Positions 41,330 to 49,888 of a DNA stretch of 64,000 nt are shown piece after piece. Each line of letters opens with the position of its first letter. Position 1 is the stretch's first letter. The translations under genes were made by a program, and so were the position numbers. Below the pieces are notes generated by a model. That model had not been told where the DNA came from, searched no databases, and saw nothing but the letters and a program-made list of their open reading frames with translations. The stretch is from Eledone cirrhosa (Eukaryota), in the NCBI GenBank assembly GCA_964016885.1, contig OZ024740.1, forward strand, positions 32,922,001-32,986,000, read 5' to 3'.

Positions 41330-41369
41330 ATATAATATATATATATATATATATAATATAATATATATA

Positions 41370-41414
<45 letters not shown>

Positions 41415-41568
41415 ATATATATATAATATAATATATATAATATATATATAATATAATATATATATAATATATATATAATATAATATATATATAATATAAT
41501 ATATATATATAATATAATATATATATATAATATAATATATATATATAATATAAATATATATAATATAT
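41330..41568. repeat. Interrupted (TA)n microsatellite
   Basis: Seen directly in the sequence. Confidence 0.97.
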
Positions 41569-44433
41569 ATCATCATCATCATCATCAACGTTTAACGTCC
41601 GTGTTCCACGCTTGCATGGGTTTGGACGGGGGTAGTCCCACTTGAGGCAAGAGTGATTGTCTTGCTCGCATAGGACTGTCTGGCAGGTTTTCTACAGTTG
41701 GATGCCCTTCCTAACACCAACCACATTTACAGTGTGGGTCTGGGAGGTTTTTACCGTGTTGCCTACACAGCCACATTACAGCGTGGACTGTGTGTTTTTT
41801 TGTCGTGACACCTACACGATCTCATTTGTTTCGGCCTCGATGGCGCGGCACCAACATAACTTTACATAGAACGGGGTGGTGTGGATGGGGTGGGGGTGGT
41901 GGTGGGACGGGGTGTATTTTGTTAGAGATGCCTACTGGCCGGAGTAGGTTTTACTATATATTTAGGTAAGGCGGGTCTTCTCTGTTACTGAGTACCGCCA
42001 AAGGTCTCGGTCCAGTGACATTGTCTTGGAGAGGTGTAAGTGTGTGAGGTCGGAGTTTATCAGCTCATCCCATGTTTTTCTAGGTCTGCCTATTCCGTGG
42101 CTACCGTCTATCTTTATTGCCCTGCACTTTGTTATACAGCTATCGACTTTCATGCGCATCACGTGTCCATACCAACGTAGCCTTCTCTCGAGTAAACAAC
42201 ATCTGATCCCTCTTATCTCTAATTTTTTCCTTAGTTCGTTTATGCTTTGCCGTTCACGTATATTACTGTTACACATCCAGCGGAGCATGCAAGCTTCGTT
42301 CCTCTCTAGTCTGCGTATATCCTCTGCACACAATGCCCAGGTCTCACTGCCATGCAACATTGCTGTTCGTATGCAGGCATCGTACAACCTGCCTTTCATT
42401 TTTAGGGAGAACCCTTTAGCAGCTAATAGTGGTATAAGCTCTCTGAACTTTTTCCAACCAGTTCTGACTCTAGCTACAGTACTTTCAGAGCACCCTCCCC
42501 CACTGCTGATTTTATCGCCCAGGTAACGGAAGCTGTCCACTATTTCTATAGAACCCTCTGCGCAATTGAAAGAGCTAGTATTTTGTGGGCACTTGCTGCT
42601 ACTTATTGCACCAGAGCACCGGCCACATGTAAAATCTATGTTCTTAGTTAGCTTACCTGTGATCCCACTACATCTTTTATGCACCCATACTTTGCATTTA
42701 GGACATAAAATGGAGTTTCTACCTACGCCTTTCCTACACACCGAGCACGACCATTTCCCAGAAGGGACCGCCGCCTTGTTTTCTTTCCTACAAACTAGTA
42801 CTTTGGTCTTAGCCAGGTTAATTTTAAGTCCTTTTGACTCTAGGCCGTGCTTCCATGTTTGGAATTTCTTCTCTAGCTCGGCCATTGATTCCGCTATGAG
42901 TGTCAGGTCGTCTGCGTATAGGAGTTCCCATGGGCAGCCTGTCTTGAACTCCTCTGTTATAGCCTGAAGGGCAATAATAAATAGTAGGGGGCTGAGAACA
43001 GAGCCCTGATGGACGCCAACTTTTACGCTAAACTCTTCACTATATTCGTTGTTAATTCTAACCTTGCTGACTGTTTCTTTATACATGGCTTGTATAGCCC
43101 TCACAAGCCATTCGTCAACGCCTAGTTTTCTAAGAGCCCACCAGATAATGGAGCGGGGGACTCTGTCGAAGGCTTTCTCCAGGTCGACAAAAGCTAAGTA
43201 GAGGAGTCTACCTTTAGCTAGGTACTTCTCCTGTAGTTGTCGTACTATGAAAAGGGCGTCTGTGGTGCTTTTGCCTGACACAAACCCGAACTGCATTTCA
43301 TCTAGGTCAATTCTCTCTCTGATTAGTTGCGCTATTACTTTTTCCGTGACCTTCATGACCTGGTCGATTAATTTAATGCCTCTATAGTTACTCCTATCTA
43401 GGGCGTCTCCTTTACCCTTATAACAGTTAACGATGATGCTGCTATGCCAGTCCTTCGGAACAACCCCATTCTGTACGACTTGGTTAACTATGCGGGTGAC
43501 CATGGTGTGTCCCACCGTGCCAGATGCCTTCAGCATCTCAGCAACTATTTCCGAAGGCCCAGCCGCCTTACCCGTCTTCATATCCTTGATTGCCTTACTT
43601 ATTATACTCCCCTCGACTAACACTGCTGGTCCCTCTATCGGGTCGATATGGGGGAGACTGTCTTTCTCCCATTTATTCTCCTCATTTAGTAGCCTTTCAT
43701 AGTGACACTTCCAAGCTACCTTCTTATCAGTGTCGGTGATGGCAAGTATGCCATCATCGTTAAGTACACACTTCTCCCCGACAATATCACGGTTTTCCTT
43801 GACGCATTGCCTGGCAATCCTGAACACCTCACGTTTTTGGTCATCGCGTTGTAGAACATGCTTGAACTTTCTTTCCTCAGCTTCCCTTCTTGCTAAGTAC
43901 ACTTCTCTCCTAGCTTCCCTCCTGGCCACTTGATAGTCTACTCTACTTCCCCCATCCCGCCATACTTTCCAAGCCTGCTTTTTGGCCTTAATTGACCCCT
44001 CCACCCTACTGTTCCACCACCAAGTTACTCTCCTCCTGCCTACAGGCCTGCTCCAGCCACAGACTTCGTCTGTCGCTAACAGCAGGTTTGCTTTCAGAAA
44101 TTCCCACTGTCCCTCTATATTGTCCGATTCTAGATGCTCTTCCTTACTGTCGAAAGCATCAAGTAATATGCTTTGAAATTTATTTCTGGCTGTGGGGTCC
44201 TTTAGTTTCCATATTTTCCTCCTGAGGATAGTCCTCTTCTGCTGTCGAGTACGTCTCGTCCTGACTGTGAGGTCGCTAATTATCAGTCTATGTTGGGAGG
44301 TGCATTCTTCATGGGGGAGGGATTTAGTGTTTACAACAGACACTCTGTCACGTCTTCTGGTAAGGATATAATCTACCTGGCTTGTGTGTTCCCCTGATCT
44401 ATAGGTGATCAGGTGATTGTCACGTTTTTTGAA
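41569..44433 (-). mobile_element. RTE-clade LINE copy 3, 5'-truncated in the APE domain
   Basis: (ATC)n tail at 41569, then 3'UTR and an uninterrupted ORF. The 5' end abuts (TA)n at FKKRDNHLITY. Confidence 0.97.
41962..44433 (-). CDS. Retrotransposon ORF fragment: APE C-terminus + RT + PHD-type finger; open frame but no true start
   Basis: The 793-aa track ORF extends 30 more codons in frame to 44433. LYADD and all RT motifs are intact; ends ...EKTRLT*. Confidence 0.9.
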   Translation of the reverse strand, partial: FKKRDNHLITYRSGEHTSQVDYILTRRRDRVSVVNTKSLPHEECTSQHRLIISDLTVRTRRTRQQKRTILRRKIWKLKDPTARNKFQSILLDAFDSKEEHLESDNIEGQWEFLKANLLLATDEVCGWSRPVGRRRVTWWWNSRVEGSIKAKKQAWKVWRDGGSRVDYQVARREARREVYLARREAEERKFKHVLQRDDQKREVFRIARQCVKENRDIVGEKCVLNDDGILAITDTDKKVAWKCHYERLLNEENKWEKDSLPHIDPIEGPAVLVEGSIISKAIKDMKTGKAAGPSEIVAEMLKASGTVGHTMVTRIVNQVVQNGVVPKDWHSSIIVNCYKGKGDALDRSNYRGIKLIDQVMKVTEKVIAQLIRERIDLDEMQFGFVSGKSTTDALFIVRQLQEKYLAKGRLLYLAFVDLEKAFDRVPRSIIWWALRKLGVDEWLVRAIQAMYKETVSKVRINNEYSEEFSVKVGVHQGSVLSPLLFIIALQAITEEFKTGCPWELLYADDLTLIAESMAELEKKFQTWKHGLESKGLKINLAKTKVLVCRKENKAAVPSGKWSCSVCRKGVGRNSILCPKCKVWVHKRCSGITGKLTKNIDFTCGRCSGAISSSKCPQNTSSFNCAEGSIEIVDSFRYLGDKISSGGGCSESTVARVRTGWKKFRELIPLLAAKGFSLKMKGRLYDACIRTAMLHGSETWALCAEDIRRLERNEACMLRWMCNSNIRERQSINELRKKLEIRGIRCCLLERRLRWYGHVMRMKVDSCITKCRAIKIDGSHGIGRPRKTWDELINSDLTHLHLSKTMSLDRDLWRYSVTEKTRLT

Positions 44434-44490
44434 TATATATATATATATAATATATATATATAATATATATATATAATATATATATATATA

Positions 44491-44679
44491 ATTATTTCTA
44501 CATTAGGCACAAGGCCAGCAATTACCCAGTGTATTACTGGTACTTTATTTTATCGACCCCGTAAGGATGAAAGGCAAAGTTAACCTCGGCGAGATTTGAA
44601 CTCAGAATGGCAAGGGCCGTAACTCTATGCGTCAAAGCATGACGTCCGACCCTCTACCGATACTGCCAATCCACCGCCC
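44491..44679 (-). mobile_element. tRNA-headed SINE, second family, in (TA)n
   Basis: Minus strand reads GGCGGTGGATTGGCAGTATCGGTAGAG (A-box-like)...GAGTTCAAATC (B box)...GCCTTTCATCCTTACGGGGTCGATAAAATAAAGTACCAG...GGCCTTGTGCCTAATGTAGAAATAAT. From memory it resembles octopus OK-type/Meta-domain SINEs; not verified. Confidence 0.8.
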
Positions 44680-44858
44680 TAATAATATATATATATAATA
44701 TATATATAATATAATATATATATATAATATATATAATATATAATATATATATATAATATATATAATATATATATATATAACATATATATAAATAATATAT
44801 ATATATATAATATATATATAGAAATTACATGAATCAAAGTTCAGTTTAAATCATTTAT

Positions 44859-44907
44859 TTGCTTACAATTGTTTCCTCCAAACCAAGGTTTGGGTTCTTC
44901 GGAGCAA
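44859..44907 (-). ncRNA. Minimal hammerhead ribozyme (predicted), left arm of cassette 3
   Basis: Minus strand: TTGCT-CCGAAGA-A-CCCAAACC-tt-GGTTTGGA-G-GAAA-CAATTG-TA-AGCAA. Confidence 0.65.
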
Positions 44908-45270
44908 CTATTTAGTGATTTTTACATACTTGACCTCCTTTTCAACACAAGAGACATATAAAAACATGTATATATTGACCCACTATAATACTGTATAAGT
45001 AAGAAACGCGTGCATGCCACACGTGAGACTGTTTCGTACACTGACAACTCTAAACTTTCCTCTTGCTTTATCTTTATAAACTGCCAATGTTTTAGTTTTA
45101 TTTATTTTAATTTTAACTTTAATTTTGTCCTTTAATATGAATGTATGTAAATTGCCATATTATTATATTATTATGATGGATGTCAACCCACTGTGGGTCA
45201 ATATATACATATGTTTTTATATGTCTCTCGTGTTGAAAAGGAGGTCAAGTATGTAAAAATCACTAAATAG

Positions 45271-45319
45271 TTGCTCCGAAGAATCCAAACCTCGGTTTGG
45301 AGGAAACAATTGTAAGCAA
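45271..45319 (+). ncRNA. Minimal type-I hammerhead ribozyme (predicted; U4C core variant), right arm of cassette 3
   Basis: TTGCT-CCGAAGA-A-TCCAAACC-tc-GGTTTGGA-G-GAAA-CAATTG-TA-AGCAA: helix I TTGCT/AGCAA, palindromic helix III CAATTG, NUH = GUA, AATAAA at 45319. Confidence 0.72.
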
Positions 45320-45555
45320 ATAAATGATTTAAACTGAACTTTGATTCATGTAATTTCTATATAACTGCTCTGTAAAACAACTGATGTTATTACATTGAGC
45401 TATTTATCTTACTGGTAATAAAATAGTAATGAATTACTGTCTTTCACTATTTAGGTTTTTTAAAATATATATAACTATATAAGGTTTTATTATATACATA
45501 ACCATAAATAGTATCCTTATTACTATAATATATATATATATAATATATATATATA

Positions 45556-45893
45556 ATCATCATCATTTCATTTTACGTCCGCTTTTCCCTGCTTGCAAGG
45601 GTGGGACGGGAACCGATTCTGGCTTGATTTCTACAGCTGGATGCCCTTCCTAACACCAACCTCATTTACAGTGAGTGCTGGGTGCTTTTTCCGTGGCACC
45701 TCCACGACCACTTTGCAGTGAAATGATAGGGACCCCAGTCCCTATCATCTCATTTCTACAGCTGAGTAAACTGGAGCAATGCGAAATAAAGTATCTTGCT
45801 CAAGGAAACAACACATCACCCAGTCTGAGAATTGAACTCACAATCTTTCGATTGCAAGCCCAATGCTCTAACCACTAAGCCATGTGCCTGCAT
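45556..45893 (-). mobile_element. tRNA-headed CORE-like SINE with an RTE-related 3' end, in (TA)n
   Basis: Minus strand GCACATGGCTTAGTGGTTAGAGC...GAGTTCAATTC, then CCTTGAGCAAGATACT...CTCCAGTTTACTCAGCTGTAGAAATGAG (CORE-like), and an (ATG)n tail. Same family as the five copies in the 32-bp satellite. Confidence 0.9.
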
Positions 45894-45894
45894 C

Positions 45895-46178
45895 TAATAT
45901 ATATAATATATATATATAATATATATAATATATATAATATATATATATATTATATATATATATATATATAATATATATAATAGATATATATTATATATAT
46001 ATAATAGATATATATAATATATATATATATATTATATATATATAATATATATATATATAATAGATATATATATATTATATATATATAATATATATATATA
46101 TAATAGATATATATAATTTATATATATATATATATATATAATAGATATATATAATATATATATATAATAGATATATAT
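45895..46178. repeat. (TA)n microsatellite with TAATAGATA variants
   Basis: Seen directly in the sequence. Confidence 0.95.
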
Positions 46179-48464
46179 ATCATCAACGTTTAACGTCCGT
46201 GTTCCACGCTTGCATGGGTTTGGACGGGGGTAGTCCCACTTGAGGCAAGAGTGATTGTCTTGCTCGCATAGGACTGTCTGGCAGGTTTTCTACAGTTGGA
46301 TGCCCTTCCTAACACCAACCACATTTACAGTGGGTCTGGGAGGTTTTTACCGTGTTGCCTACACGGCCACATTACAGCGTGGACTGTGTGTTTTTTTGTC
46401 GTGACACCTACACGATCTCATTTGTTTCGGCCTCGATGGCGCGGCACCAACGTAACTTTACATAGAACGGGGTGGTGTGGATAGGGTGGGGGTGGTGGTG
46501 GTGGGACGGGGTGTATTTTGTTAGAGATGCCTACTGGCTGGAGTAGGTTTTACTATATATTTAGGTAAGGCGGGTCTTCTCTGTTACTGAGTACCGCCAA
46601 AGGTCTCGGTCCAGTGACATTGTCTTGGAGAGGTGTAAGTGTGTGATGTCGGAGTTTATCAGCTCGTCCCAGGTTTTTCTAGGTCTGCCTATTCCGTGAC
46701 TACCGTCTATCTTTATTGCCCTGCACTTTGTTATACAGCTATCGACTTTCATGCGCATCACGTGTCCATACCAACGTAGCCTTCTCTCGAGTAAACAACA
46801 TCTGATCCCTCTTATCTCTAATTTTTTCCTTAGTTCGTTTATGCTTTGCCGTTCACGCATATTACTGTCACACATCCAGCGGAGCATGCAAGCTTCGTTC
46901 CTCTCTAGTCTGCGTATATCCTCTGCACACAATGCCCAGGTCTCACTGCCATGCAACATTGCTGTTCGTATGCAGGCATCGTACAACCTGCCTTTCATTT
47001 TTAGGGAGAACCCTTTAGCAGCTAATAGTGGTATAAGCTCTCTGAACTTTTTCCAACCAGTTCTGACTCTAGCTACAGTACTTTCAGAGCACCCTCCCCC
47101 ACTGCTGATTTTATCGCCCAGGTAACGGAAGCTGTCCACTATTTCTATAGAACCCTCTGCGCAATTGAAAGAGCTAGTATTTTGTGGGCACTTGCTGCTA
47201 CTTATTGCACCAGAGCACCGGCCACATGTAAAATCTATGTTCTTAGTTAGCTTACCTGTGATCCCACTACATCTTTTATGCACCCATACTTTGCATTTAG
47301 GACATAAAATGGAGTTTCTACCTACGCCTTTCCTACACACCGAGCACGACCATTTCCCAGAAGGGACCGCCGCCTTGTTTTCTTTCCTACAAACTAGTAC
47401 TTTGGTCTTAGCCAGGTTAATTTTAAGTCCTTTTGACTCTAGGCCGTGCTTCCATGTTTGGAATTTCTTCTCTAGCTCGGCCATTGATTCCGCTATGAGT
47501 GTCAGGTCGTCTGCGTATAGGAGTTCCCATGGGCAGCCTGTCTTGAACTCCTCTGTTATAGCCTGAAGGGCAATAATAAATAGTAGTGGGCTGAGAACAG
47601 AGCCCTGATGGACGCCAACTTTTACGCTAAACTCTTCACTATATTCGTTGTTAATTCTAACCTTGCTGACTGTTTCTTTATACATGGCTTGTATAGCCCT
47701 CACAAGCCATTCATCAACGCCTAGTTTTCTAAGAGCCCACCAGATAATGGAGCGGGGGACTCTGTCGAAGGCTTTCTCCAAGTCGACAAAAGCTAAGTAG
47801 AGGGGTTTACCTTTAGCTAGGTACTTCTCCTGTAGTTGTCGTACTATGAAAAGAGCGTCTGTGGTACTTTTGCCTGACACAAACCCGAACTGCATTTCAT
47901 CTAGGTCAATTCTCTCTCTGATTAGTTGCGCCATTACTTTTTCCGTGACCTTCATGACCTGGTCGATTAATTTAATGCCTCTATAGTTACTCCTATCTAG
48001 GGCATCTCCTTTACCCTTATAACAGTTAACGATGATGCTGCTATGCCAGTCCTTCGGAACAACCCCATTCTGTACGACTTGGTTAACTATGCGGGTGACC
48101 ATGGTGTGTCCCACCGTGCCAGATGCCTTCAGCATCTCAGCAACTATTTCCGAAGGCCCAGCCGCCTTACCCGTCTTCATATCCTTGATTGCCTTACTTA
48201 TTATACTCCCCTCGACTAACACTGCTGGTCCCTCTATTGGGTCGATATGGGGGAGACTGTCTTTCTCCCATTTATTCTCCTCATTTAGTAGCCTTTCATA
48301 GTGACACTTCCAAGCTACCTTCTTATCAGCGTCGGTGATGGCAAGTGTGCCATCGTCGTTTAGTACACACTTCTCCCCGACAATATCACGGTTTTCCTTG
48401 ACGCATTGCCTAGCAATCCTGAACACCTCACGTTTTTGGTCATCGCATTGTAGAACATGCTTAA
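46179..48464 (-). mobile_element. RTE-clade LINE copy 4, 5'-truncated upstream of the RT, very similar to copy 3
   Basis: Short ATCATC tail, same 3'UTR type as copy 3, open RT ORF. Confidence 0.97.
46561..48426 (-). CDS. Reverse transcriptase ORF fragment with PHD-type finger
   Basis: 621-aa uninterrupted frame with LYADD; nearly identical to the copy 3 translation. Confidence 0.88.
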   Translation of the reverse strand: MFRIARQCVKENRDIVGEKCVLNDDGTLAITDADKKVAWKCHYERLLNEENKWEKDSLPHIDPIEGPAVLVEGSIISKAIKDMKTGKAAGPSEIVAEMLKASGTVGHTMVTRIVNQVVQNGVVPKDWHSSIIVNCYKGKGDALDRSNYRGIKLIDQVMKVTEKVMAQLIRERIDLDEMQFGFVSGKSTTDALFIVRQLQEKYLAKGKPLYLAFVDLEKAFDRVPRSIIWWALRKLGVDEWLVRAIQAMYKETVSKVRINNEYSEEFSVKVGVHQGSVLSPLLFIIALQAITEEFKTGCPWELLYADDLTLIAESMAELEKKFQTWKHGLESKGLKINLAKTKVLVCRKENKAAVPSGKWSCSVCRKGVGRNSILCPKCKVWVHKRCSGITGKLTKNIDFTCGRCSGAISSSKCPQNTSSFNCAEGSIEIVDSFRYLGDKISSGGGCSESTVARVRTGWKKFRELIPLLAAKGFSLKMKGRLYDACIRTAMLHGSETWALCAEDIRRLERNEACMLRWMCDSNMRERQSINELRKKLEIRGIRCCLLERRLRWYGHVMRMKVDSCITKCRAIKIDGSHGIGRPRKTWDELINSDITHLHLSKTMSLDRDLWRYSVTEKTRLT

Positions 48465-48582
48465 ATAATATATATATATATATATATAATATATATATAT
48501 ATAATATATATAATATATAATATACATATATATAAATATAATATAAATATATATATATATAATATATATATATATATAATAT
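48465..48582. repeat. Interrupted (TA)n microsatellite
   Basis: Seen directly in the sequence. Confidence 0.95.
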
Positions 48583-49888
48583 ATCATCATCATCATCATC
48601 ACCGTTTTACGTCCGTTCATCCACGCTAGTATGAGTTAGACGGGTTGTCCTGTTGTGGGCAGTGTCTGGTCGGCTGACCATGCCTTGCTTATACAGGTTG
48701 GCCTTATTTCTACAGCTGGATGCCCTTCCTAACACCAACTTTGCAGTGTGGGCTGGGTGCTTTTTTGCCGTGGCACCTCCACGACCACCTTGCGGTGGGG
48801 TGTGTGGGGGCATATTGTCTATATACTTCAGCTTGTACCCATGGGAGGTCGGGTACTCTGTATTACTGTGTGAAGCCAGAGGTCACGGTCGTGTGTCATT
48901 GCCTTTGAGAGGTGTAATTGGGTAAGGTCGGCTTTTATCACCTCATCGCAGGTCATCTTGGGTCTCCCTACTCCGCGGTTTCTATCGACTTCTAGTGCTC
49001 TGCACCTTTTTATGCAACTGTCATCCTTCATACGCATCACATGTCCATACCAGCACAACCGCCTCTCCTGCACACAGCATTTGATTCCTCTTATGCTCAG
49101 TCTCTCTCTCAATTCATTTATGCTTTGTCGTTCGCATATATTACTGTTACACATCCATCGGAGCATGCAGGCTTCGTTTCTCTCTAATCTACGTAAGTCT
49201 TCCACCTTCAGCGCCCAGGTCTCACTACCATGCAACATCGCAGTTCGGATACACGCATCAAACAGTCTGCTTTTCATTTTGAGCGAGAAGCCTTTTGCAG
49301 CTAGCAGTGGTAATAGTTCCCTAAACTTCTTCCATCCCGTTCTTACTCTATTGTACTTTCTGAACACCCACCTCCGCTGCTAATTCGGTCACCTAGGTAG
49401 CAGAAGCTGTCTACTGTTTCTACAGAGCCCTCCCAGAGATTGGTGTTACTTATTTCCTGTGGCTGTTTGCTGCTTGCTGTCCCAGCACAGCTGCTACATT
49501 CTTAATTAATCTTCCTGAGATCCCGCTACATCTCTTGTGTACCCATTGTTTGCATTTGGGGCAGAGAATGGAGTTCCTACCTACACCTTTCCTACATACT
49601 GAGCAAGGCCATTTCCCTGAGGGGATCTGGGTTCTGTTTTCTTGTCTACTTACAAGGACGTTAGTCTTTATCATGTTGACTTTGAGACCCTTTCTTTCTA
49701 GTCCCTCCTTCCAAGTTTGGAATTTCTTCTCTAGTTCTACCATAGATTCAACTATAAGTGCAAGGTCATCATCATACAGGAGTTCCCATGGGCATCTGGT
49801 CTTAACCTCCTCCGTTATTGCCTGCAGAACTATGATGAACAGGAGGGGGCTAAGAACAGAGCCCTGGTGGACCCCAACCTGTACGCTA
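48583..49888 (-). mobile_element. Divergent, decayed RTE LINE (second subfamily), 5'-truncated in the RT
   Basis: SVQVGVHQGSVLSP, CPWELLYDDD (YADD mutated), WPCSVCRKGVGRNSILCPKCKQWVHKRC, RVRTGWKKFRELLPLL, ERRLCWYGHVMRM. Frameshifted, with a distinct shorter 3'UTR and an (ATC)n tail. Confidence 0.92.

Larger units (their letters stand above)
44815..45363. repeat. Inverted repeat: ~170-bp arms (44815-44983, 45193-45363), 209-bp spacer (cassette 3)
   Basis: GAAATTACATGAATCAAAG...ATTGACCCAC versus GTGGGTCAAT...CTTTGATTCATGTAATTTC. The arms differ by a few substitutions and a 2-bp indel. Confidence 0.95.

Noticed and set aside
37777-48464. Autonomous full-length LINE or domesticated RT gene
   Set aside because: Every copy is 5'-truncated, lacking the APE N-terminus, start codon and 5'UTR.
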